IMG/VR virus record: IMGVR_UViG_3300045988_112440
DNA length: 64,000 nt
Direction: 5' to 3' (one strand)
Source: a virus
Part shown: piece by piece, positions 8,995 to 18,081 of the stretch
Layout of the letters: every line of letters begins with the position of its first letter
How positions within the stretch are numbered: position 1 is the stretch's first letter
Notes under the pieces: generated by a model
Told to the model about the DNA's origin: nothing
Seen by the model: only the letters and a program-made list of their open reading frames with translations
Databases searched by the model: none
Position numbers and translations under genes: made by a program

Positions 8995-9240
8995 ATGTGG
9001 ACTTTTAATAGGATTTATCTTCGGGAAAGTTGTATTTTGCTTATTGAGGAGGACGGAGAAAAGAGTGCAATCACAACAAGTGCATATGACTTAATAAGAG
9101 TGTACAATAACGGCGAGAGTGAATGTCCTTGTGATAACGCAAAGGTTATTTATTGCTCGATTTTTAATGTAAAAATGAAATGTAAAACGTTCAAAGAACT
9201 TATGGATATGCTTGAGAAAATTGTAGCTGATTGTTGTTGA
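8995..9240 (+). CDS. hypothetical protein
   Basis: GAGG RBS plus ATG. Confidence 0.55.
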   Translation: MWTFNRIYLRESCILLIEEDGEKSAITTSAYDLIRVYNNGESECPCDNAKVIYCSIFNVKMKCKTFKELMDMLEKIVADCC

Positions 9241-9250
9241 GGTTTTAGAT

Positions 9251-9484
9251 ATGAAAAATAAAGCAGTGGTTGTTGTTTATGACGATACGATGTGTAATGG
9301 TCCTTACCGTGTAGAGTACAAAACAATTGAAGATGCGGTAGAGGCTGTTAATAATGATTTTGAAAGTCTGATGAAAGAACTGCGAGATGAAGGCTATGAA
9401 CCTGAATGGATTCGTGATGGCTACCATATGCTTGAGGTTTATGTTCCGAATACGTCTATTAACGCATGGTGGGATTTTAAGTAA
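9251..9484 (+). CDS. hypothetical protein
   Basis: GAGG RBS plus ATG. Confidence 0.6.
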   Translation: MKNKAVVVVYDDTMCNGPYRVEYKTIEDAVEAVNNDFESLMKELRDEGYEPEWIRDGYHMLEVYVPNTSINAWWDFK

Positions 9485-9496
9485 GGAGAATTAAAA

Positions 9497-9703
9497 GTGG
9501 ATATCAATGATATTAAGATGTTTGAGCAGATGATGGTTGATAGCGCATTTATTGATGCCGTTGATTTTGATTCAAAGGTTGCTGCCCCGGCAGTGGAAGT
9601 ACGCAAGATGAAAATGAAGGGTGTGTGCTCCTTCAATGAATACATTAACTACTTACAGACAATTACAGGCAATGCAAAGTTGTTCTGGAAGTATCAGTTT
9701 TGA
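9497..9703 (+). CDS. hypothetical protein (GTG start)
   Basis: AAGGAG lies 9 nt before the GTG. Confidence 0.5.
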   Translation: MDINDIKMFEQMMVDSAFIDAVDFDSKVAAPAVEVRKMKMKGVCSFNEYINYLQTITGNAKLFWKYQF

Positions 9704-9713
9704 GGTGACGATT

Positions 9714-9977
9714 ATGAGTGAATTTGAAAATCATGTTTTCGATGTTTGGAATCGTTTTGTAAGAAATATGCCTTGTTGTCCAGAAGATGGTTGTGATCGT
9801 TGGTGTGATGGTGAGAATATTCTATGCAAAACATATGAAGATGCACAGAAGGTCGCTGATTATATTGATGAAAAGGCTGGACGAGCAATATCTGCTACCG
9901 GTTTTTATGATCCAGAAGAAGATAAGAGAATGGGATATGTAGATAAGTATACTGGATGGTATTATGTCACAATCTGA
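9714..9977 (+). CDS. hypothetical Cys-rich protein
   Basis: GAGGTGA RBS plus ATG 9714; ends in YTGWYYV. Confidence 0.6.
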   Translation: MSEFENHVFDVWNRFVRNMPCCPEDGCDRWCDGENILCKTYEDAQKVADYIDEKAGRAISATGFYDPEEDKRMGYVDKYTGWYYVTI

Positions 9978-10023
9978 TAAAACAGTTCTTCTAAAAAAAT
10001 GAAATACAAAGGAGTAAAACAAA

Positions 10024-11343
10024 ATGATTACCAATAATCCTATGACCGTAATAACCTCAAAGTCCTTTGGTGCACTGAATGTGGATGTGTACCAGAATGA
10101 CAAGCACCAGTATTACATGACCCGTGAACAGATTGGTGCTGCGCTAGAGTACAATAATCCTAATAAGGCAATTCAAAACATCCATGTTAAGAATACGGAT
10201 CGTCTTGACCCTCTTTCAACATTCCTCAAACTGAGGAAAGTTGAAGGCGGAATCACGAAAGAGCGTGAAATTATTTGTTACAGTTTGCGTGGCGTTATGG
10301 AGATCTGTCGTCTGTCCCGTCAGCCGAAGGCTGATGCGTTTATGGATTTCTGCTGGGACATTATGGAATCTTTGATGCGTGGCGATACCGTTTTAGCTAC
10401 TCCTAAGATGGATGCTGCACTGAGCAAAGAATTCATTGACGTAAGACTTCATGCTCTGTTTGATAGTATGAAGAATCTTCAGAGTGAACTTGATTCCACT
10501 CGCAAAGATCTCAGTGAACAGATTGAGGAAGCTCGCGCCACCAGCAATGAAGCACTGAATGTGATTAGCAGCGTATCTCAGTGTGTCCATCAGATTAAGG
10601 ACAAGCAGATGGATGATGCGATTCGTTCTACCAGAAACTTTACTCCTCGTAAGGATGTAACGAGTGACTGGCGTAAGAAGATGTATGAACGCATCAATGT
10701 GATTGCGGCAATCAATGAGATGAAGGTTCAGGATGTGTTCCGTGATGTTTACGAATACATGAATCGTGTTTATACCTTTGTCATCGAGGAAGAGCGTAAA
10801 AAGTATTGTGTAAAAACTGGTCGTACTGGTCACATTCCTACGATTGATGTGGTTGAAGCAAGTACGATGTACAAGTCTATCTTTGGTGCTCTGGTTGAGG
10901 ATCTGTATACCGAAGCGGTCAGCAAGAAGAAGGAAGAAGTTACTGAACGGAAAGCTTTGCCTGAAGCAAAAACTATTGAAGCAGCTCCTGAAGTGGCTGT
11001 CTGTGATGCTCCTGTGATTGAGGTGGAAGTTAATGAAGTTGAGTCTGAGCCGGTTGCGAAAGAAAAGCCCAAGAAGCAGAGCGAAACGGCGAAGATTCTT
11101 ATTCCGATTCTGTTACCTTTGGCAGAAAAGCTTAATGATAAGCCGCAATACAAGCACACTTACACTCTGATTTACGAGCGGATTGGCTATAAGAAAATGA
11201 ATAATTTATTTATTGCTTATGAAAAAGCTCACGGTAAAGCACCAAATCCGAAGACTAAGGTGTTTATTGAAAATGAAAAGAACCTGGCACTGTTTAAGAA
11301 AACTGTAAAGCAGTTGATGAAGGAGCAATTTGAAAAGAATTGA
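10024..11343 (+). CDS. Bro-N domain / phage antirepressor-like protein
   Basis: N-terminus FGALNVDVY..YYMTREQIGAALEY..NKAIQNIH..YSLRGVMEICRLSRQPKA is typical of Bro-N; long coiled-coil/acidic C-terminus. Confidence 0.7.
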   Translation: MITNNPMTVITSKSFGALNVDVYQNDKHQYYMTREQIGAALEYNNPNKAIQNIHVKNTDRLDPLSTFLKLRKVEGGITKEREIICYSLRGVMEICRLSRQPKADAFMDFCWDIMESLMRGDTVLATPKMDAALSKEFIDVRLHALFDSMKNLQSELDSTRKDLSEQIEEARATSNEALNVISSVSQCVHQIKDKQMDDAIRSTRNFTPRKDVTSDWRKKMYERINVIAAINEMKVQDVFRDVYEYMNRVYTFVIEEERKKYCVKTGRTGHIPTIDVVEASTMYKSIFGALVEDLYTEAVSKKKEEVTERKALPEAKTIEAAPEVAVCDAPVIEVEVNEVESEPVAKEKPKKQSETAKILIPILLPLAEKLNDKPQYKHTYTLIYERIGYKKMNNLFIAYEKAHGKAPNPKTKVFIENEKNLALFKKTVKQLMKEQFEKN

Positions 11344-11353
11344 GGTACATATT

Positions 11354-11605
11354 ATGAAGGTTTATGTTCTGCACGAGTGTGTTGATTATAGCGATTTCTA
11401 CGCAGAAGATTCTGTAATCACGGTTACAACGGATAAGCTCAAGGCGCTTGATAAAATGGTTCATTTCTTTAATGACTGTAAAGATAGCAATCAGCCGGTA
11501 AGCGATGACGAGACGTGGTGCGTTGCTACTGAAGCATCCGTTGTTAGTGGGGATTCTGGAAATTATTATCGCCATCACTGGAAAATTGATGAGTTTGAGG
11601 TATAA
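11354..11605 (+). CDS. hypothetical protein
   Basis: GAGGT RBS plus ATG 11354. Confidence 0.55.
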   Translation: MKVYVLHECVDYSDFYAEDSVITVTTDKLKALDKMVHFFNDCKDSNQPVSDDETWCVATEASVVSGDSGNYYRHHWKIDEFEV

Positions 11606-11609
11606 GAAA

Positions 11610-11834
11610 ATGATGAAATATGGAAACATAACGTGTAAACGATGTGGGGCTACGTGGTATGGGCCAAAGTGTGGAAAGCTTTATTGTGATAATTGCAGAA
11701 GGATTGTGGATAGAGAAAAAGATATTAGATGTAAAAATAAAAAGAAACACAAACCGACATTTGTTGAAATTACAAGAATGGCAGATGCAGAGGGACTGTC
11801 CTATGGCAAGTATTGTTTAAAATATGGAATCTAA
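11610..11834 (+). CDS. zinc-ribbon small protein
   Basis: CKRCG..x..CDNC pair. Confidence 0.55.
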   Translation: MMKYGNITCKRCGATWYGPKCGKLYCDNCRRIVDREKDIRCKNKKKHKPTFVEITRMADAEGLSYGKYCLKYGI

Positions 11835-11847
11835 AGGAGACGCAAAT

Positions 11848-12693
11848 ATGAACGCAGTATCTGAAAAGAACGAAAATAACGCAGTTGAGTTTAATCCGCC
11901 AAAGGTTGATCCTGCTCCCAAAGTGAAACATAACCAGGCGAAGAACTATAGTATCAAACGCAAGGAAGCTTGTAATGGAACGGTGCAGCCTATTAAAGAT
12001 GTAGAGGATATTAAACGAATTTCGGAATATTTTTGGAATCGTGGGATGTACCGTGATTGGTGTTTGTTTAATGTTGGTGTATGTACTGGTTTTCGTGCAA
12101 GCGATTTGCTTCGTTTTAAGGTTTCAGATGTTACAACGCAGAGGGTAAATGGAAAGTTGCAAGTAAATGCAAATGCAAAAATACGAATGAAGGAAAAGAA
12201 GACTGGAAAATACCGTATTGTTTTTCTTCCAGAATCTGCTTTGGAAGTGATTTCTACTTATATCAATAAAGTTAAGCTCCATTATGACGATTGGCTTTTC
12301 CCGTCATGTAAAGGCAGCTCTCGCAATTCACTGAGGAGCACAGGTGGGACATCAATTAGTAAAAAGACTGGAATTATGTATACACACGAGGCAAATCCAA
12401 AGGTATCCGGGGAGCCGCTTGATGTGGATAGTTTTGGACGAATTATGAAAAAGGTTCAAAAGGATATGGCTCTTCCATATAATCTTGGAACACATAGTTG
12501 CCGTAAGACATTCGGCTATCAGTTTATGGTACAGCACCGTGATGATGTTATGGCTCTGGCCTGGCTTCAGCACGCTTTGAATCATAGTAGTCAGGCAATC
12601 ACTCTTCATTATATTGGTCTTGATTCAGAAGTGGATGAGAGATATTACTCTGGAATCAATTATGGTGTGAATACTCATAGTGAAAACTCTTGA
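11848..12693 (+). CDS. tyrosine recombinase (catalytic residues intact)
   Basis: TGFRASDLL (Arg), HSCRKTFGY (HxxR) and LNHSSQAITLHYIG (His..Tyr). Confidence 0.8.
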   Translation: MNAVSEKNENNAVEFNPPKVDPAPKVKHNQAKNYSIKRKEACNGTVQPIKDVEDIKRISEYFWNRGMYRDWCLFNVGVCTGFRASDLLRFKVSDVTTQRVNGKLQVNANAKIRMKEKKTGKYRIVFLPESALEVISTYINKVKLHYDDWLFPSCKGSSRNSLRSTGGTSISKKTGIMYTHEANPKVSGEPLDVDSFGRIMKKVQKDMALPYNLGTHSCRKTFGYQFMVQHRDDVMALAWLQHALNHSSQAITLHYIGLDSEVDERYYSGINYGVNTHSENS

Positions 12694-12701
12694 GGTGTGT
12701 T

Positions 12702-13382
12702 ATGGCTGATACTTATATTAAAATCTGGGATACTTATGAGAGCTACTTTGAACCACTTAGTGCTGCTGAGGTGGGGCGTCTGGTATTGGCGATGATGAAA
12801 TATAAATCGTCTGGAACGGAGCCTGAACTCAACGGAAATGAGCGGTATGTGTGGCCTGCTATTAAGAGAGATTTAATTAAAGATGCCGAATACATCGAAG
12901 GTAAGCGCATTTCTGGAAAAGCTGGAGGTGAAAGCAAGCGTAAGCAAAACAAAGCAAATGCAAGCAAAACAAAGCTAGAAAAAGAAAAAGAGAAAGAAAA
13001 AGATAAGATATCGTCTTCGTCTAGTGATAAGACGACAACGACGAAATCTATCGAGGATGTCTTTCGAGATGATATTGGGAAGCTTGGTGCTACTGGTCAA
13101 AAGGCTTTAGCAAAATATGTTGAGCGCATGGGTGACGAACTTGTGCTTGCTGTGATTGGTAAGTGTTCTGATCTCGGCGGTAGCACATGGGCTTATGTGC
13201 GAAAAGCTCTGGACGAAGCAGAATCTCTTGGTTGTAAAACTGCTGATGATTATCGCCGGGCTTGTCCGATAGGGAATGGTCGTAATCTTAGAGTGAGTAG
13301 GGATACTCAATGCGGAACCGATTGGCTAAAAAACGCAACCTTGGATAAAAATCTTCGCAGAATGAAAATGATAAAAGAGTGA
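12702..13382 (+). CDS. DnaD-domain-like replication/primosome protein
   Basis: C-terminal LVLAVIGKCSDLGGSTWAYVRKALDEAESLGCKTADDY resembles the DnaD/DnaB_2 fold signature; central KEKEKEK linker. Confidence 0.5.
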   Translation: MADTYIKIWDTYESYFEPLSAAEVGRLVLAMMKYKSSGTEPELNGNERYVWPAIKRDLIKDAEYIEGKRISGKAGGESKRKQNKANASKTKLEKEKEKEKDKISSSSSDKTTTTKSIEDVFRDDIGKLGATGQKALAKYVERMGDELVLAVIGKCSDLGGSTWAYVRKALDEAESLGCKTADDYRRACPIGNGRNLRVSRDTQCGTDWLKNATLDKNLRRMKMIKE

Positions 13383-13398
13383 TTTTAGGAGCGTGATT

Positions 13399-13587
13399 AT
13401 GATGAATGAAGATATCGTTTTGCGAGGTGATGAAGCAAAGCAATTTGTGTATAATCTGCATCATCCTAATGTTGCTAAAATAGTGAAAGAGAATAGACGA
13501 CGTGATAAGGCACTTGACGAAGTGAACTATCAAAAAACAGAGGATGGTTTTACGTTTGACGTTGATAAAAGTAAATTGGAGGTTTGA
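13399..13587 (+). CDS. hypothetical protein (paralog of 14599..14799)
   Basis: Shares ..KQ[FL].Y[ND].[HR]HP.. and the terminal LEV. Confidence 0.55.
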   Translation: MMNEDIVLRGDEAKQFVYNLHHPNVAKIVKENRRRDKALDEVNYQKTEDGFTFDVDKSKLEV

Positions 13588-13590
13588 ATT

Positions 13591-13992
13591 ATGGGACTGT
13601 TACTTGGTTTGGGTCTGCTTGGCGCAGCGTTTGGTATTGACACAGTAAAGCAAGCGCCGTTTGATAGAGCGCATCGCCGTCTCGAAAACGAATGGGGCAC
13701 TTGTACATCAGAGGAGAATAAGCGGTGTAACGCTCTTGAATACGCAGTCAAGAATGGTTTGTGTTTCGAGGATGAGAGGGAACCGGTTATTACATGGCAG
13801 AAGCTGAGAGATCTTCAGTGGAAGTATCAGTTAGCTGGTATTTCATGGCCGAGAGAATCTGCAATTCGAGATGTGTGTCGTTTGGCAGCTCGTGACCGTG
13901 GATTTGAGTACAAGGGATATCTTCGTAATACATTGACATTTGGCTACATCACTGATCCGAAAAACATTTGCAAGCTTGGCATCGTAGATTAA
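13591..13992 (+). CDS. hypothetical protein with N-terminal TM/signal segment
   Basis: MGLLLGLGLLGAAFG. Confidence 0.55.
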   Translation: MGLLLGLGLLGAAFGIDTVKQAPFDRAHRRLENEWGTCTSEENKRCNALEYAVKNGLCFEDEREPVITWQKLRDLQWKYQLAGISWPRESAIRDVCRLAARDRGFEYKGYLRNTLTFGYITDPKNICKLGIVD

Positions 13993-14006
13993 AAGGAGAT
14001 TTGAAA

Positions 14007-14312
14007 ATGAATAACACTCGTAGAAAAGCTATCAAGCAGACCATTAACCGTTTTGATTTTATCCGTGAGAAACTGGATGAGCTTGTGTCAGAGGTCGAAT
14101 GTGTAAAATCAGATGTCGAGAGCATTCAGTGGGAAGAAGAAGAGTATCGTGATAACATGCCGGAGAATCTGCAGGGGAGTGAGCGGTATGATAAAGCAGA
14201 TAATGCTTGCACGAATCTGTCTGATGCTGTGGATGCTCTGGATGATATGATTGATGCTCTGGATTTTAATTTTGGTGATGTGACTACCTATCTGGAGGAA
14301 GCGATGGAATGA
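14007..14312 (+). CDS. hypothetical acidic coiled-coil protein
   Basis: AAAGGAG RBS plus ATG 14007. Confidence 0.6.
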   Translation: MNNTRRKAIKQTINRFDFIREKLDELVSEVECVKSDVESIQWEEEEYRDNMPENLQGSERYDKADNACTNLSDAVDALDDMIDALDFNFGDVTTYLEEAME

Positions 14313-14497
14313 TTAACGCAACAAACCCATTGAGGAGAAATGCATGGGCTGTGTTCTTGTACAGAGGCAGACAAGTCTATTCGTATCTTTTGCGTAATAG
14401 CAATCTTGGGGACAAGGAACGCATGGTAGAACTGCTGGCACGAAGGTACATGACAGCGCCTGAAAACATTGTTGTAGACATTGAATTTAGAGATTGA
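14309..14497 (+). CDS. hypothetical protein
   Basis: ATGA overlap. Confidence 0.5.
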   Translation: MINATNPLRRNAWAVFLYRGRQVYSYLLRNSNLGDKERMVELLARRYMTAPENIVVDIEFRD

Positions 14498-14508
14498 GGT
14501 GATAAAGA

Positions 14509-14583
14509 ATGACCGCGTTTATAATGTTTGTTTTGAATGTGGCACTGATAATAACGGTGAATAGTAATCCGTTTGTGTTTTGA
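14509..14583 (+). CDS. possible 24-aa hydrophobic peptide
   Basis: GAGGTG RBS 7 nt before the ATG; MTAFIMFVLNVALIITV. Confidence 0.3.
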   Translation: MTAFIMFVLNVALIITVNSNPFVF

Positions 14584-14598
14584 TTGAGAGGTGTGGAT

Positions 14599-14799
14599 AT
14601 GAGTATGTTGCAAGAAGAGTATAATTTGACGGATGAAGGACTTAAACAGTTGCTTTATGATATTCGACATCCGAGCATGGAAGCTGCTATACGTCGTGAA
14701 AAGATGTACAAAACATATTTATCGAATGTAGATGTTGAGTATGATGGTGAATCAGAAGTGGTTGATTTTAAAGACTTAGATATTCGACTGGAGGTGTAA
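14599..14799 (+). CDS. hypothetical protein (paralog of 13399..13587)
   Basis: GAGAGGTG RBS plus ATG 14599. Confidence 0.55.
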   Translation: MSMLQEEYNLTDEGLKQLLYDIRHPSMEAAIRREKMYKTYLSNVDVEYDGESEVVDFKDLDIRLEV

Positions 14800-14801
14800 C
14801 T

Positions 14802-15059
14802 ATGAATATTCTGAGTTTTAATGGAAATGAAAATCCAAAAGGGAGAGATGGTGATGTCGTTGTCAAGTTAAGTTATCAGGAACTGTTTAAGTTAAATAAT
14901 ATTTTGTATCACGCTCAAAAAGGCGGTGAGATAAAGGACGTAGTGGACTTTAATATTCGAAGGAATTTTTACATGGCGCTTAATTTGGTTCAACATGGTA
15001 GTCTGGATTCTATTTCGCTAGAAATCATGTTAAAACTTTATGAAAACAATAAAACCTAA
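14802..15059 (+). CDS. hypothetical protein
   Basis: GGAGGTG RBS. Confidence 0.55.
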   Translation: MNILSFNGNENPKGRDGDVVVKLSYQELFKLNNILYHAQKGGEIKDVVDFNIRRNFYMALNLVQHGSLDSISLEIMLKLYENNKT

Positions 15060-15076
15060 ATTCTGTGGAGTAAAAC

Positions 15077-15340
15077 ATGAAATATACAAAGCGTGAAATC
15101 ATTAGCGCATATCGAATTCTCACGAAGAATATTCAGCAGAATGATCTCGGCTGGCGTGGGAAGATGATTTTGAGTGATGTACTTGATGACTATTTCAGTC
15201 GTATTGAGGGTGAAAAAGTTGTCGTTGATCCGAAGTATGGAAGTTTTCGTTGTCCAAAATGCAATACCGTAATTACAAGTGAGTATGACCATTATTGTAG
15301 AGATTGTGGTCAGAAGTTTGATTGGAGAGAAATAAGATGA
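15077..15340 (+). CDS. zinc-ribbon protein
   Basis: CPKCN..x..CRDCG. Confidence 0.55.
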   Translation: MKYTKREIISAYRILTKNIQQNDLGWRGKMILSDVLDDYFSRIEGEKVVVDPKYGSFRCPKCNTVITSEYDHYCRDCGQKFDWREIR

Positions 15341-15558
15341 AGATTGATTTGACTCTTAATGAAGCACGAGTGATTCAAGACGCACTTGATGTGACAAGCT
15401 TGTGCCGGTCTGGATGCTATATGGGTTATAAGAGCGGAGACAAGGATCTGTGTTTTAGGCTTGACAAAGATGGTGATTGGCGTTGCAAGCTAATGCGTGA
15501 AATTGATTCTATCAATGGCAAGCTTGAAGATGCAATGGATGGAGAGGGCAATGATTGA
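15337..15558 (+). CDS. hypothetical protein
   Basis: ATGA overlap. Confidence 0.55.
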   Translation: MKIDLTLNEARVIQDALDVTSLCRSGCYMGYKSGDKDLCFRLDKDGDWRCKLMREIDSINGKLEDAMDGEGND

Positions 15559-15781
15559 AAGAAATAACGAGAAAATCAATACATTGCGCAAAGGTATTAA
15601 GCGGTTAACAAACGAGCTTGATGAACAATGGAAAGAGTTAGAACACTTTTCTGGAGATTTGTATGAAATAAAACTTGCTGAATACATGACAAAATTAGAG
15701 ACCATCAAAACTCTTGGCGGATTTTATTTTCGTTATGATAACGGAAAGCATACAGTTTCCATTATGGGGTTTGATGGCTAA
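15551..15781 (+). CDS. hypothetical protein
   Basis: GGAGAGGG RBS plus ATG 15551. Confidence 0.5.
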   Translation: MIERNNEKINTLRKGIKRLTNELDEQWKELEHFSGDLYEIKLAEYMTKLETIKTLGGFYFRYDNGKHTVSIMGFDG

Positions 15782-15913
15782 TGATGTAAAGTATGCAAGA
15801 ATTGATAAAATCCGGGTTCTTGTGGATATTTAACAAAAGGATGTGTAGACCGATGATATAACTATTGATGACGTAGGATTATTAGTAAAATTTTGGAAAA
15901 TAAAATTGTTGGA

Positions 15914-15942
15914 TTGAAAATTACATTCATGTGGTGTATGAT
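15914..15942 (+). promoter_or_regulatory. sigma70-like promoter candidate (TTGAAA-17-TATGAT)
   Basis: Sits in the 215-nt AT-rich gap before the 15997/Lar-like operon. A downstream AACCTCA..TGAGGTT pairing can sequester the RBS. Confidence 0.45.
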
Positions 15943-15996
15943 TTAAGCAACCTCAGCACAAGATGTTTAAGCTAAAAGAAATGTGAGGTTAATATA

Positions 15997-16152
15997 ATGT
16001 GGATTATGATAATATCGTTTATTGCATTTTACTTTGTACTGCTTGTTCCTTTTGGGATTTTTGTAATGGGACTACTGAAAGTGGCGTCTATTGCTGATGA
16101 TCAGAGTGAGCGGCTGGAAATGGAACAGGGAAGGGATGGTCAAAATGTATGA
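15997..16152 (+). CDS. small membrane protein (51 aa)
   Basis: GAGG RBS; MWIMIISFIAFYFVLLVPFGIFVMGLL TM segment. Confidence 0.4.
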   Translation: MWIMIISFIAFYFVLLVPFGIFVMGLLKVASIADDQSERLEMEQGRDGQNV

Positions 16153-16339
16153 TTTGAAATCGTGCCCATGTTGTGGTGGTCCAGCAACGCTTTTTAAATT
16201 GAGAGCGCAAGTCATATGTGATTATTGTGGACTGAGAACAAAAGCGTATTATGATAATCTTGTTAATTGTGGAATGCCAGATAATAATATGCTTTTGGAT
16301 GCAGTAAATGCTTGGAATAAACGAGTTGATAAAAGTTAA
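16145..16339 (+). CDS. Lar-family restriction-alleviation-like zinc-ribbon protein
   Basis: LKSCPCCGG..CDYCG plus C-terminal AVNAWNKR, the hallmark of the Lar family. Confidence 0.65.
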   Translation: MYDLKSCPCCGGPATLFKLRAQVICDYCGLRTKAYYDNLVNCGMPDNNMLLDAVNAWNKRVDKS

Positions 16340-16357
16340 GATTTAGGAGGAATGAAT

Positions 16358-16522
16358 ATGAACAGATATGATCTTTCCGCTTATGCGATTGCAGTGTCAA
16401 ACTTTTTGAAAGATAATGCTTCTGCTGGCAATGAACGATTTCCAATTACGGTCAATGAATGGGAACTCGCAGCGCAACTGGATAAGCTGGCAAAAGAACT
16501 GCGTGTCCCAGATAAAAACTGA
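16358..16522 (+). CDS. hypothetical small protein (54 aa)
   Basis: AGGAGG RBS 7 nt upstream. Confidence 0.45.
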   Translation: MNRYDLSAYAIAVSNFLKDNASAGNERFPITVNEWELAAQLDKLAKELRVPDKN

Positions 16523-16541
16523 GTTTTAATGGAGATACATT

Positions 16542-16739
16542 ATGAAAAAGTTCGTTGTTCTTTTTGAAGGTTGGAATGATAAGCACGACCGTGAATGTAT
16601 GTGCTATGTTGTTGATGCAGATGATGGCTTTGAAAGTATTTTGAGCGTTGAAGAACGGGCGGAAAAGATGGCTCGAAGCAAACATCCTAATCTGAAAAAT
16701 TTTAAGACGCTTTACATCAAAGAACTGCTTAACAGATAA
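16542..16739 (+). CDS. hypothetical protein
   Basis: GGAGA RBS plus ATG. Confidence 0.55.
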   Translation: MKKFVVLFEGWNDKHDRECMCYVVDADDGFESILSVEERAEKMARSKHPNLKNFKTLYIKELLNR

Positions 16740-16765
16740 GAACTAAGATTTAGGAGGAAATAGTT

Positions 16766-17542
16766 ATGCCGAGAAGGAAAACAGTAGAAGCACTGCAATT
16801 AACGCCGAAAGAAATAGCTCGTAAGTCGCCTACTTTTATGGAGCTTCCTGAGATGGTAAGCCGTGCTGGTGAGCCTACATACTATTATGATGTGGGAGAT
16901 GCTGTAGAGATTGGTCATCTTAGCGGATGCAAGATTGATGAAGTCTGCGACGGTGGTTTATATTACGGTGTTTCTTACGATGATGGATATAGGTACGAAA
17001 CGTGGTTTAACATTCGTAAAGCAGGTATTGAGAAGAAATCTCAACTGACAGAGAATGATGACATTAAGATTTCCTACTCAAATGTGACCATCGAATCCTT
17101 GCTCCACAGGTATTACTTCTTTGGCATCAACTGCAATCCGAGTTATCAACGTGGATCTGTGTGGACAGATGATGACCGTAAACTGCTTCTTGAAACAATT
17201 TTTATGGGTGGTGAAATTGGTCGATTCGTTTTAAAAAATATTGATATGGACGAATGGAATGAAAATCAGAATTACCTTTATGAAATCATTGATGGAAAGC
17301 AGAGGCTTCTGACGCTGACTGCATTCTACGAAGATCGTTTCCGTTACAAAGGATATCTGTATAGTGAACTCTCTAAAAAGGACAAGAGAACATTTGATGA
17401 GGCCGTTGTTGCTATTGCAGATTTGCGGAATCTTTCTAAGAAAGATATGTTGCGTGTATTCTTGTTACTGAATCGTGGCGGCAAGGTTGTTACCAACGAC
17501 GTACTTAATCATGCAAAAGAGTTACTAGATGAAATGGAGTGA
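16766..17542 (+). CDS. DUF262 (ParB/GmrSD N-terminal-like) domain protein
   Basis: YQRGSVW..LLETIFMGGEIGRFVL..EIIDGKQRLLTL matches the DUF262 signature; has an extra ~100-aa N-terminal domain and no DUF1524/HNH part. Confidence 0.7.
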   Translation: MPRRKTVEALQLTPKEIARKSPTFMELPEMVSRAGEPTYYYDVGDAVEIGHLSGCKIDEVCDGGLYYGVSYDDGYRYETWFNIRKAGIEKKSQLTENDDIKISYSNVTIESLLHRYYFFGINCNPSYQRGSVWTDDDRKLLLETIFMGGEIGRFVLKNIDMDEWNENQNYLYEIIDGKQRLLTLTAFYEDRFRYKGYLYSELSKKDKRTFDEAVVAIADLRNLSKKDMLRVFLLLNRGGKVVTNDVLNHAKELLDEME

Positions 17543-17546
17543 GTAA

Positions 17547-17882
17547 ATGATTTATACCGTAACAATGATTGACTCGTTTAAGAACGAGCAGAATGCGAAA
17601 TTCAGTTCGCCAGTGTCAAATACCAAAGGAATCTATTGGATGCCGGATGATAGTTGGATCGCTGGATTCTTTACAGATTTGGCAGAGGCTATTCGAGTTG
17701 TTAAAGAAAACGTGACTGACATCTTTGAACATTGTTACAACTACGCAGTCGTTGAAGGATACGAGGAAGGTCTGTATCCAAGACCAGAATTGACGAGGTG
17801 GTTTAAATATGATGCTGAGAGTGACACAGCATTCGAGATTGAACCGCCGTTGCATAATAAGGTGGCCGGATATGCGTTTTGA
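17547..17882 (+). CDS. hypothetical protein
   Basis: GGAGTGAG RBS. Confidence 0.6.
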   Translation: MIYTVTMIDSFKNEQNAKFSSPVSNTKGIYWMPDDSWIAGFFTDLAEAIRVVKENVTDIFEHCYNYAVVEGYEEGLYPRPELTRWFKYDAESDTAFEIEPPLHNKVAGYAF

Positions 17883-17899
17883 AGAAGGAGAATAAGACT

Positions 17900-18055
17900 A
17901 TGAGTAGTGTACTTATTGATCGGAACGCAGCTAAGAAGGTAGAATCCATCTTCGAGCATCCTGATAAGGTCTATTCGGTGTATTTGAAAGCTGGCGGAGA
18001 TGTCGTTTGGCTGCAAGGTGAAATTGAGTTGTATGAATTTTTGCGTAGCTTGTAA
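17900..18055 (+). CDS. hypothetical small protein (51 aa)
   Basis: AAGGAG RBS. Confidence 0.45.
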   Translation: MSSVLIDRNAAKKVESIFEHPDKVYSVYLKAGGDVVWLQGEIELYEFLRSL

Positions 18056-18081
18056 AACTAAGTTTTAATATAGGTGATTTT

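Noticed and set aside
12955-13020. A/G-rich DNA repeat (gaaaaagaaaaagagaaagaaaaagataag) as a regulatory repeat or slippage tract
   Set aside because: It lies in-frame inside 12702-13382 and encodes a KLEKEKEKEKDK linker. It is most simply a low-complexity coding segment.
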